Assembly (NCBI RefSeq): GCF_000372965.1
Contig: NZ_KB890024.1
Coordinates: 744,478-768,477, forward strand
Direction: 5' to 3'
DNA length: 24,000 nt
From: Hoeflea sp. 108
GTDB taxonomy: Bacteria > Pseudomonadota > Alphaproteobacteria > Rhizobiales > Rhizobiaceae
Positions 9,378 through 17,625 of the stretch are shown piece after piece (position 1 is the first letter of the stretch; each line of letters starts with the position of its first letter). The notes beneath the pieces are model-generated. The model had not been told where the DNA came from and did no database searches. It worked only from the letters and a program-made list of their open reading frames with translations. A program made the translations under genes and the position numbers.

Positions 9378-10382
9378 TCACCGACACCCGGCCGGGTGAT
9401 CGCCGCTGCGCAACTGGCCGGGCGAATCGCCGAAACGCCTTATATTGTTTGCAAGGTTGAGCAGGTTTTTCAACGCGGCGCTGCGGCTGAATGGCGACCA
9501 GACGGCGGTAAAGGCGACCGGCTCTGGCTCATCGGCAAAGGGCAGGAAGACGATGCCGGTTGTTGGCAATAGCGCCGTGGCCGCTCCGGCGAGGGTGATG
9601 CCAAAGCCCTGTCCAACCATGGATAACAGAGTGCCGCGCCCCACATCGAAACGCTGGATTGACGGCGAAGGCCAGCGCCCGGCAAAGCGCATCACGATAT
9701 GATCGTGAACCTGCGGACCGGTGCCACCATGACGAACAAGGAACGTTTCGCCCGTCAGATCGGCCCAAGTAATTGCCTGCTGTCCAGCAAGGCAATGCCC
9801 CTCCGGCAATACGGCCATCAATGTTTCGGTCCATATGCGCCGGGAATGGCAGTCCGGCAGTTCGGGCGCACCCGCTACGAACGCCACGTCCAGTCGGTTG
9901 GCGCGAAGCTGCATGACCGCATCGCGTGCCGTGCCCTCGGCAATCTCAACCTCGATGCCGGGATGGTCTTCCCGATACTGCCCGATCAGCTCGGCGGGGA
10001 AGCTACCCGGAATCAGGGCATGGACACCGATGCGCAAGCGGCCACATTCTCCCGCCGCCGCCACGCCAGCCGTCTTCACCGCATGGTCCAGTTGATCGAC
10101 GCCTGCCGCTATCCGCTCGACGAAGTGGTGTCCGGCCTCGGTCAGTCGGACGCCGCGCGCGTGACGCTCGAACAGGAGGACGCCAAGGTCTTCTTCCAGC
10201 GCCTTCACGCGGGCGCTGACGCTGGATTGCGCTACGCCGAGCGCATTGGCCGCGTGGCGGAAGTTCAGATACTCAGCGACGGCAAGCGTCTGGATCAGCG
10301 ATGCGAGGGGGATGCGCGAGCCGAGCGTGGTCGGCACGCCCCATGGGCAACCATTCATCGGTGCTGATCGCCGCCGTCGCAT
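9378..10382 (-). CDS. LysR-family transcriptional regulator (paralogue 1), divergent from hxlR-fabF
   Basis: N-terminal wHTH LAVAEYLNFRHAANALGVAQSSVSARVKALEEDLG plus a periplasmic-binding-fold effector domain. The true start may be the internal Met at 10358. Confidence 0.88.
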   Translation of the reverse strand: MRRRRSAPMNGCPWGVPTTLGSRIPLASLIQTLAVAEYLNFRHAANALGVAQSSVSARVKALEEDLGVLLFERHARGVRLTEAGHHFVERIAAGVDQLDHAVKTAGVAAAGECGRLRIGVHALIPGSFPAELIGQYREDHPGIEVEIAEGTARDAVMQLRANRLDVAFVAGAPELPDCHSRRIWTETLMAVLPEGHCLAGQQAITWADLTGETFLVRHGGTGPQVHDHIVMRFAGRWPSPSIQRFDVGRGTLLSMVGQGFGITLAGAATALLPTTGIVFLPFADEPEPVAFTAVWSPFSRSAALKNLLNLANNIRRFGDSPGQLRSGDHPAGCR

Positions 10383-10496
10383 CGCTCAAATGCCACTACA
10401 GTCCTTCATTGCACGCCGTAGCGGACGCAGTTGCTTGGCTTCCTTAGAATGACGCATTGGATTGCCCCCTCCCTCTATGTCGCCTACTACGCACAA

Positions 10497-10519
10497 GTGA
10501 CTTGCATGATGGAAGTTAC
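10497..10519. promoter_or_regulatory. Imperfect palindrome GTGACTT-N9-AAGTTAC just upstream of hxlR; candidate HxlR/LysR operator
   Basis: Read directly: gtgactt gcatgatgg aagttac, 6/7 complementary arms, 18 bp before the hxlR ATG. Function is inferred only. Confidence 0.3.
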
Positions 10520-10536
10520 ACCATTATGGATGTGTC

Positions 10537-11046
10537 ATGCAACGAACAAGCTTTCTGTCATTAGAGTGTCCCGCAGCCCGAGCGCTGGAAAGCGTCGGTG
10601 ACTGGTGGAGCATCCTGATCCTGCGGGACGCCTTCCAAGGGTTGAGCAAATTCGATGAATTCGAGAAGAATCTCGGTATTTCCGCGAACATTTTGGCGAG
10701 GCGATTGAAACATCTCACAGCCGAAGGGTTGTTTGAAAGGCAACGATACAATGATCATCCGCCTCGATTTGAATACGTCCTTACCGACAAGGGGCGAGAT
10801 TTCTATCCGGTAGCAATCGCCCTGTTTGCATGGGGAAACCGGAACCTTGCGCCCAATGAAATAGCCATGCGCCTTGGCGACAGAGCAACCGGTAGGGAAC
10901 GAAACGCCATCATAGTCGATGCGGATACTGGAGAAAAAATCACTCCTGAAAACACGGTTCTTCTAGCAGGCCCAGCGGCAACGGAAGAAACGATGCGCGT
11001 CATAAACCGCGTGAAGCGGATAAGCTCAGAAAAAGGAGCGGAATAA
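10537..11046 (+). CDS. HxlR-family (MarR-like winged-helix) transcriptional regulator with a C-terminal extension
   Basis: CPAARALESVGDWWSILILRDAFQGLSKFDEFEKNLGISANILARRLKHLTAEGLFER is the HxlR signature, including the N-terminal Cys. The stop lies 4 nt before the fabF ATG, so the two form an operon. Confidence 0.88.
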   Translation: MQRTSFLSLECPAARALESVGDWWSILILRDAFQGLSKFDEFEKNLGISANILARRLKHLTAEGLFERQRYNDHPPRFEYVLTDKGRDFYPVAIALFAWGNRNLAPNEIAMRLGDRATGRERNAIIVDADTGEKITPENTVLLAGPAATEETMRVINRVKRISSEKGAE

Positions 11047-11050
11047 TCCA

Positions 11051-12313
11051 ATGCGTCGAATTGTTGTGACCGGCATGGGTTTAGTCGGCCCCCTTGGTTC
11101 CGGGGCTGAAATAAGCTGGAAAAGACTCCTTGACGGGAAATCGGGAATTAGGAGTTTGCCCGATGAAATCTCCAACGATCTGCCGGTGAAAATCGGGGGA
11201 ATCGTTCCTAGCCAGATTGAAGATTCCGAAGCCGGTTTCGATCCCGATTTGATCGTTGACGCAAAGGATCAACGAAAAATGGATCGCTTCATTCTGTTTG
11301 CACTTGCGGCCGCGAAGGAGGCTCTTGAAACGGCGGGATGGCATCCCACAAGCGACTACGAACGTGAGCGCACGGCGACAATTATCGCCTCTGGTATAGG
11401 CGGGTTTCCTGCAATCGCTTCGGCAGTTCGCATAACGGATACACGGGGAGCACGGAGGCTCTCACCCTTTACCGTGCCATCGTTCCTCGCCAACCTCGCG
11501 GCAGGACAGGCTACCATTAGGTATGGATTTACAGGCCCAATTGGCACGCCTGTAACCGCCTGCGCTGCCAGCGTTCAGGCCATCGGCGACGCCGCGCGGC
11601 TGATACGCTCCAACGAGGCGGATATCGCTCTGTGCGGCGGAGCAGAAGCTTGTATTGACAAGGTTAGTCTCGGGGCATTTGCCGCCGCGCGAGCACTATC
11701 CACCGGCTACAATACTACCCCGGAACTGGCGTCGAGGCCGTTCGACACCGAGCGCGATGGTTTCGTAATGTCTGAAGGGGCGGGTCTGATCGTCATAGAA
11801 GAATTAGAACATGCCCTCGCTCGGGGTGCCAAGCCCATAGCGGAATTGGTGGGATACGGCACAAGCGCCGATGCACATCATATGACTGCCGGTCCAGAGG
11901 ACGGCCGAGGCGCGGCCCGTGCGATGGAAATTGCACTCCAGAGTGCCGGGTTGAAGGCAATCGATATTCAACATTTGAACGCTCATTCGACCTCCACCCC
12001 CGTAGGAGATCGAGGAGAAATTGCCGCGATAAAATCCGTGTTTGGCAATCATGATGTGGCCGTAAGCGCCACGAAATCGGCGACGGGGCACCTACTTGGT
12101 GCCGCAGGTGGTATTGAGGCAATCTTCACGATACTCGCCCTACGGGATCAAATCGCTCCCCCCACGAGAAACTTAGAAAACCCCGATCCTGTTGCCGCAG
12201 GTATCGACCTAGTTCACCAATCTGCGCGGCCCATTCTCATGGAACATGCCATTTCCAACGGATTCGGCTTTGGCGGCGTTAATGCAAGTGTCGCTTTCCG
12301 GCGATGGCAATAA
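11051..12313 (+). CDS. fabF: Beta-ketoacyl-ACP synthase II (KAS II, FabF-type)
   Basis: 420 aa. Active-site Cys in PVTACAAS, His in DAHHMTAGPEDG and LNAHSTSTPVGD, then TKSATGHLLGAAGGIEAIF and NGFGFGGVNAS. AAGGAG RBS. Visibly lower GC than the backbone. Confidence 0.93.
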   Translation: MRRIVVTGMGLVGPLGSGAEISWKRLLDGKSGIRSLPDEISNDLPVKIGGIVPSQIEDSEAGFDPDLIVDAKDQRKMDRFILFALAAAKEALETAGWHPTSDYERERTATIIASGIGGFPAIASAVRITDTRGARRLSPFTVPSFLANLAAGQATIRYGFTGPIGTPVTACAASVQAIGDAARLIRSNEADIALCGGAEACIDKVSLGAFAAARALSTGYNTTPELASRPFDTERDGFVMSEGAGLIVIEELEHALARGAKPIAELVGYGTSADAHHMTAGPEDGRGAARAMEIALQSAGLKAIDIQHLNAHSTSTPVGDRGEIAAIKSVFGNHDVAVSATKSATGHLLGAAGGIEAIFTILALRDQIAPPTRNLENPDPVAAGIDLVHQSARPILMEHAISNGFGFGGVNASVAFRRWQ

Positions 12314-12347
12314 CAGTCCCGGACGGTGCTTCCGCGACCACTTCGGC

Positions 12348-13265
12348 TCACGCCCTCGCTATCCGTGGCAGTACCGAATTCGTGCAGACCTGCCGGCCCA
12401 TGTCGTTGGCGAGACTGAGCAGGTTACGAAGCGCCGCGCTGCGGTTGGACGGCGACCAGACAGCCGAGAAGGCGACCGGCTCCGGCTCGTCGGCGAAGGG
12501 CAAGAAGACAATGCCGGTTGACGGCAACAGCGCCGTGGCCGCACTGACGATGGTGATACCGAAGCCCTGTCCGACCATGGACAGCAGCGCGCCGCGCCCC
12601 ACGTCGAAGCGCAGGATCGACGGCGCGGGCCAGAGTCCGGCATGGCGCAGCACGATATGGCTATGAACTTGCGGGCCAGTGCCGCCATGCCGAACAAGAA
12701 ACGTCTCGCCCGCCAGATCGGCCCATGTAACGGCCGACCGCTCGGCGAACGGATGCCGCTCCGGTAACACCGCCACGAGCGGTTCGGTCCATATGTGGCG
12801 GGAATGGCAGTCGGGCAGCTCGGGCGTGCCGGCCACGAACACCACGTCCAGCCGGTCGGCGCGAAGCTGCATGACCGCATCGCGGGCCGTACCTTCGGTC
12901 ATTTCGACTTCAACGCCGGGGTGGTCTTCGCGGTATTGGCCGATCAGCTTTGCGAGGAAGCTGCGAGGGATCAGGGCATGGATACCGATGCGAAGCCGGC
13001 CGCTTTCTCCGGCTGCCGCCATGCCGGCGGTCTTCACCGCATGGTCGAGTTGGTCGATGCCTGCGGCTATCCGCTCGACGAAGTGGCGTCCCGCCTCGGT
13101 CAACCGAACACCCCGCGCATGGCGCTCGAACAGAACGATGCCAAGGTCTTCTTCCAGCGCCTTCACGCGGGCGCTGACGCTGGATTGCGCCACGCCGAGC
13201 GCATTGGCGGCGTGGCGGAAGTTCAGATATTCGGCGACGGCGAGAGTGTGAACTAAGGTCATCAT
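12348..13265 (-). CDS. LysR-family transcriptional regulator (paralogue 2), immediately downstream of tetA(G) on the same strand
   Basis: Same HTH and effector domain as paralogue 1. Start placed at MMTLVHTLAVAEYLNF. An upstream ATG at 13334 (MRRLTRNDG...) is possible. The ORF-track start at 13442 overlaps tetA and is unlikely. Confidence 0.85.
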   Translation of the reverse strand: MMTLVHTLAVAEYLNFRHAANALGVAQSSVSARVKALEEDLGIVLFERHARGVRLTEAGRHFVERIAAGIDQLDHAVKTAGMAAAGESGRLRIGIHALIPRSFLAKLIGQYREDHPGVEVEMTEGTARDAVMQLRADRLDVVFVAGTPELPDCHSRHIWTEPLVAVLPERHPFAERSAVTWADLAGETFLVRHGGTGPQVHSHIVLRHAGLWPAPSILRFDVGRGALLSMVGQGFGITIVSAATALLPSTGIVFLPFADEPEPVAFSAVWSPSNRSAALRNLLSLANDMGRQVCTNSVLPRIARA

Positions 13266-13354
13266 CGGCACTCGCCCCGAGAGGAGATGATGGCTCAACG
13301 GATTTAATCCGTCATTCCTCGTAAGTCTACGCATACCAATTCGCCATGACTCAA

Positions 13355-14530
13355 TCACAATGAAGTTGCGAAAGGTCTGCGTAGTATTGGCAGACATATT
13401 AAATAGAGAATCGCGCCGACAATCCAAACCCAACCGTTCCATGCTCCTATGGTAGCAGAATAGAGTGCCGTGAAGCCAAGCGGTCCCGCGATAGAGCTTA
13501 GATTGGTGAGGCTTGTAAGCGTTCCCTGTAAAGCTCCTTGCTTGTTACTGCTGACATTGTTTGAGAGCATTGCCTGCAAGGCCGGCATGCCAACACCTCC
13601 GGCGGCAAGCAGCAACAAAATCGGGAACACCATCCATCCCTGCGTGGCAAAAGCCAGAAGAATGAAGCCAGTCGCATCCGCAGCCATGCCAAAGAGTAGC
13701 GTACGCCGCTCTCCAAGCCGGCCTGAAAGCGGGCCGGTAACAAACGCTTGGAAGATCGCATGTGTTGCTCCAAACGCCGCAAGCGACAAACCAACAGTCG
13801 TGGTGTCCCACTGAAAACGGTCCTCGCCATAGATGACCCATAGAGCCGCAGGCACTTGGCCGATCAGTTGAATGATGAAGAAAACTGCGAAAAGCGCAGC
13901 TAGCCCGCGCAATGTATCATCCAGCCGGAACAGAACGAATGGTTTGATGCGAACCGGCTTTCCGGTCCCGCCATGGCTGCGATGAGTCTCCTTGAGAAAA
14001 ATGCAGGCAAGCAGGAACGCGAAGCCGTTGAGAAGGGCAGCGGCGATAAACGGAGTATGGGCAGAAATACCACCGAGCATACCACCAAGTGCTGGCCCGG
14101 CAATCATGCCTGCCCCATAACAGGCCCCCATGTAGCCGAACCAGCGTGCGCGAGAACCTTCCCCAGTCGAATCCGCAATGGTTGAGGCAGCTACAGCTCC
14201 GGTTGCGCCCGTGATGCCGGAGACGAGCCGGCCGATATAGAGCACCCATAAGACCGGCGCTGATGCCATAATCGTGTAATCGACTGCGGCTCCCGCAAGG
14301 GAAGCCAGAAGCACCGGACGCCGACCGTAAGCATCTGAAAATTGTCCAAGCACGGGCGCGAAGATGACCTGCATCAACGCATAGAGTGACAGCAAGGCAC
14401 CATAGTGACCAGCGACCTGCTCCGCCGGCACAAGCTCGCGCAGAAGCGTCGGAAGGACCGGCATGATGAGGCCGAGTCCCATGGCGTCGAGACTGACGAT
14501 CAGCAGGGCGATGATGGCAGAGCTGCGCAC
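13355..14530 (-). CDS. tetA(G): Tetracycline efflux MFS transporter, class G-like TetA
   Basis: 391 aa, GTG start. MRSSAIIALLIVSLDAMGLGLIMPVLPTLLRELVPAEQVAGHYG... and the C-terminus LYLICLPILRRPFATSL match my recollection of TetA(G) much better than TetA(A/B/C). 12-TM MFS with the GRRPVLL motif A. Divergent tetR. Confidence 0.92.
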   Translation of the reverse strand: MRSSAIIALLIVSLDAMGLGLIMPVLPTLLRELVPAEQVAGHYGALLSLYALMQVIFAPVLGQFSDAYGRRPVLLASLAGAAVDYTIMASAPVLWVLYIGRLVSGITGATGAVAASTIADSTGEGSRARWFGYMGACYGAGMIAGPALGGMLGGISAHTPFIAAALLNGFAFLLACIFLKETHRSHGGTGKPVRIKPFVLFRLDDTLRGLAALFAVFFIIQLIGQVPAALWVIYGEDRFQWDTTTVGLSLAAFGATHAIFQAFVTGPLSGRLGERRTLLFGMAADATGFILLAFATQGWMVFPILLLLAAGGVGMPALQAMLSNNVSSNKQGALQGTLTSLTNLSSIAGPLGFTALYSATIGAWNGWVWIVGAILYLICLPILRRPFATSL

Positions 14531-14634
14531 CTGAAACTCCAGCGCCGCTCAATGCGAGCGACTTTATCAATGATAAGGACATAGACATAGAACTTATCGG
14601 TGATAAATTGTCAAGCGTTGGCGAAGGAACGTGA
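14531..14634. promoter_or_regulatory. Divergent tetA/tetR promoter region with two tetO-like operators
   Basis: Palindromes cTTTATCAaTGATAAGg (14562-14578) and cTTATCGgTGATAAa (about 14593-14607) fit the TATCAnTGATA tetO core. They lie between the divergent starts of tetA (14530) and tetR (14635). Confidence 0.8.
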
Positions 14635-15261
14635 ATGACCAAACTGGACAAGGGCACCGTGATCGCAGCGGCGCTGGAGCTGCTGAACGAGGTTGGCATG
14701 GACAACCTGACGACGCGAAAGCTCGCTGAACGCCTCAAGGTTCAGCAGCCTGCGCTTTACTGGCATTTCCAGAACAAGCGCGCGCTGCTTGACGCACTGG
14801 CCGAGGCAATGCTGACGGAACGCCACACCCGCTCGCTACCCGAAGAGAACGAAGACTGGCGGCTATTCCTGAAAGAGAACGCCCAGAGTTTCAGAACGGC
14901 GTTGCTCTATTATCGCGACGGGGCGCGCATCCATGCCGGCACTCGACCGACAGAACCGAATTTTGGCGCTGCCGAGACACAAATACGCTTTCTCTGCGCG
15001 GCGGGCTTTGGTCCGAAGCACGCTGTTTGGGCGCTCCGGGCGGTCAGTCACTATGTGGTCGGTTCCGTTCTCGAGCAGCAGGCATCTGATGCCGATGAGA
15101 GAGTTCCGGACAGGCCAGATGTGTCCGAGCAAGCACCGTCGTCCTTCCTGCACGATCTGTTTCACGAGTTGGAAACAGACGGCATGGATGCTGCGTTCAA
15201 CTTCGGACTCAACAGCCTCATCGCGGGTTTCGAGCGGCTGCGTTCATCTACAACAGATTAG
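14635..15261 (+). CDS. tetR(G): Tetracycline repressor, class G-like TetR
   Basis: 208 aa. MTKLDKGTVIAAALELLNEVGMDNLTTRKLAERLKVQQPALYWHFQNKRALLDAL is the TetR HTH. The C-terminus ...GFERLRSSTTD is as I recall for TetR(G). Confidence 0.92.
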   Translation: MTKLDKGTVIAAALELLNEVGMDNLTTRKLAERLKVQQPALYWHFQNKRALLDALAEAMLTERHTRSLPEENEDWRLFLKENAQSFRTALLYYRDGARIHAGTRPTEPNFGAAETQIRFLCAAGFGPKHAVWALRAVSHYVVGSVLEQQASDADERVPDRPDVSEQAPSSFLHDLFHELETDGMDAAFNFGLNSLIAGFERLRSSTTD

Positions 15262-17330
15262 AGGCTTATGCCCCTTTGCCGCCCCAACTGCCACGACACC
15301 GAACCGCCCTGCATGATACCCGCGACCTCGCGGCCGAGCTGGCGGTCGATGACCGGCCGCCACGGGACAAGCGTGAACTCATGGCTCTTTTCCACCACGG
15401 CGAACTTGCCGCTCGTTAGCTGAACAGTCCCGGTGAACTTGCCGCTGACGTTCTCGCCGTCCGTAGCGGCACGGAACGGCAACCCCTTGCCCTCGGCCAT
15501 CTCCGCGCCGATGCGAGCAACCTCGCGTTCGCGCAGCGTAGCGAGAAGGTTGCGCCGATAGAAGATGCGACCGTCCCGCGCTCGGCTGGCGTCGCGCTGC
15601 TCGACATGATGCTCGCGGCGCTGCTCCATCGCCTCGCGCACCTGCTGGCCGAAGCCGGTCGGCGCAGGGCCGGCCGTCTCGCCATGGATCAGCCGCCGGT
15701 CCAGCCAGGTCGCGCCGTCCGATCCGATCTGCCTGTCCAGATTGACGGGAGAGACGACGCGAACGCTGGCCTGCCGGTCGCGGCCGGCATCATAGGCGGC
15801 GGCGCGGCTCTCGAAATCTTCGGGAATGCGCCACTGGTCGGCGTCGATGCGCTCGACGATTCCGGCGCGGCGTAACGCCTCCAGCCGGCGCACATGAGCA
15901 TCGACATAGCCCTCGTAGTCGCCGCCCGGAACACGGCCCTCGAATTTCGCCTGCTCCAGATGACGGCTCGGCCGATAGATACCGTCCTCGGCGATGGCGG
16001 TGATGGTGCGGTCGGACGGCCGGGGTGCTGCCTCGGCCGGGCCGATCTGGATGACGCTGCCGATGCGGGCGTCCTCCAGCCGCTCGGGCGCGATGCCCGC
16101 GATGTGGTGGGTGCGGCCGTCGATCCCGTCCACCACAACGGTCAGGTTCTCCCCCAACTCGTCGGACAGGTGCTTGTCCACGACGCTGCCGATGATGGGC
16201 GTCTCGGGCGCTCCGTCATGGATTTGGAAGCTCATGGGATCGCGTTCGCCGCCCTGCGGGCCGAGCGCCTTCTGCATGGTGCGGATAATGTCGCCGCGCT
16301 CGCCTAGCTCGCGCAGGGCTGGCTCCATGTCCTTGCTCAATTCCCAAACGGCGGGCGCGTGCTCGGTCGCCAGCCCCATCTTCTCCAGCTTGCCGAGACG
16401 GCGCAGGCGTAGCGTCCGCTCGAACTGCCGCCTCGGCTCTGCCGGTTCATGGCGCAAGTCGAGGAAACGGGCATCGGCTTCCTCGGTCATGGCGCGGTCG
16501 ATCCGGGTGAAACGATCTTGGTCGATTTCGGCCGACAGCTTGCGGGTCTGCTCGATCTCGGTGACGGGGCCGAGTTCCAGACTGGCAAGCTCGCTGGCGC
16601 GTTCGCGCAGGCCGGCGGAAAGGTAGTCGCCGTTAATGACTAGATCCACGCCCGTATCGTCGCGGCCGTTGACGATGATATGCACATGAGGATGGCCGGT
16701 GTTGTAGTGATTGACGGCAACCCAATCGAGTTTCGTGCCGAGGTCGGCTTCCACCTGTTTCATGAAATCGCGGGTGTAGGCCGTGAGGTCCGATAGCTCC
16801 GCGCCGTCCTCGGGCGAGACGATGAATCTGAATTGGTGGCGGTCGTCCTTGCCGCGATCAAGGAAGGCGTCGCCATCGGCGCGGTCCTCGGTCGCCGAAT
16901 AGAGCCGGCCGCGCTCGCCGACGCGTGAGGTTCCGTCACGCTGGACATAGCGCAGATGCGCGCGGGCACGGCCGCCCTTCCACGCGGCCCTGACGCTGCG
17001 CTGCTTGACGATCACGCGGCGGCTGCCCGACTGGCGATGATGCCAATGGCCGGAGATATTGCGAGCGCGCACGAAGCTCGCGCCCCGGCCGCGCTTCACG
17101 CCCTTGCCGCTGGCGACCTCGGCACGGGACCGGCCCGGCGATGACGGGCGGGCGGATGACGGCATGGAAGGATCGCGGGAGGCTGCCGCCTGATGCTGCC
17201 GGGTGATCTTCTTGACCTGCGTGAAAAAGCTCTTGGTCTTGCCGGCCTTCGGCGTGTCGGATCGGATGCGGCCGGGCTTCGGACGGAAGCGGTTTTCGTC
17301 GTCGGCGCTCAAGGATGCGACTCCGGCCAA
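15258..17330 (-). CDS. Conjugative relaxase (VirD2-like relaxase/mobilisation nuclease domain plus DUF3363-type C-terminal region; RlxS-like)
   Basis: 690-aa ORF. The N-terminus (L)SADDENRFRPKPGRIRSD and the His-triad motif NHYNTGHPHVHIIVNG are typical of this ICE relaxase family. The more likely start is the TTG at 17312 (GGAG upstream). The stop overlaps the tetR stop tail-to-tail. Confidence 0.9.
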   Translation of the reverse strand: MAGVASLSADDENRFRPKPGRIRSDTPKAGKTKSFFTQVKKITRQHQAAASRDPSMPSSARPSSPGRSRAEVASGKGVKRGRGASFVRARNISGHWHHRQSGSRRVIVKQRSVRAAWKGGRARAHLRYVQRDGTSRVGERGRLYSATEDRADGDAFLDRGKDDRHQFRFIVSPEDGAELSDLTAYTRDFMKQVEADLGTKLDWVAVNHYNTGHPHVHIIVNGRDDTGVDLVINGDYLSAGLRERASELASLELGPVTEIEQTRKLSAEIDQDRFTRIDRAMTEEADARFLDLRHEPAEPRRQFERTLRLRRLGKLEKMGLATEHAPAVWELSKDMEPALRELGERGDIIRTMQKALGPQGGERDPMSFQIHDGAPETPIIGSVVDKHLSDELGENLTVVVDGIDGRTHHIAGIAPERLEDARIGSVIQIGPAEAAPRPSDRTITAIAEDGIYRPSRHLEQAKFEGRVPGGDYEGYVDAHVRRLEALRRAGIVERIDADQWRIPEDFESRAAAYDAGRDRQASVRVVSPVNLDRQIGSDGATWLDRRLIHGETAGPAPTGFGQQVREAMEQRREHHVEQRDASRARDGRIFYRRNLLATLREREVARIGAEMAEGKGLPFRAATDGENVSGKFTGTVQLTSGKFAVVEKSHEFTLVPWRPVIDRQLGREVAGIMQGGSVSWQLGRQRGISL

Positions 17331-17625
17331 AACCCCCGGAAACCGGCCGATCTGCGCCTATGGTGCCGCTCGAAACCCAGCAAAGCCAAGGCTTTGCGCA
17401 AAATCGCGGCACGCGGCCCCTCAAAACCATGGTGCCGGAACCGGCCACCTAACCAGTGTGCAGACAACAATAATTTCCAGAAGCGGCCCGATATGGTGCC
17501 GTCTTCTTTAATCTTGCCCTCCGCCCTTTCTGCCTTTTCTGCCCCTCCTGCCGGGAAGCCTGCCGGGCGAAAACCTGCCCGACTGGACACCGGAATGAGC
17601 GCCGCCGAGCGCGGGAACGCCGTCC
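17331..17625. promoter_or_regulatory. Repeat-dense intergenic region upstream of the relaxase: candidate oriT and relaxase promoter
   Basis: Three exact ATGGTGCCG copies (17359, 17428, 17493). An 18-bp palindrome GCAAAGCCAAGGCTTTGC (17380-17397). An AT-rich patch (about 17466-17512). Five YCTGCC repeats (17529-17579). The oriT role is inferred from position only. Confidence 0.4.

Noticed and set aside
9699-13256. Plus-strand ORFs opposite the two LysR genes (9699..10367, 12679..13251, 12795..13256), and the alternate-frame ORFs inside tetA (13917..14738)
   Set aside because: They are antisense to, or out of frame with, genes that carry clear LysR and TetA signatures. They appear as a pair only because the underlying LysR DNA is duplicated.
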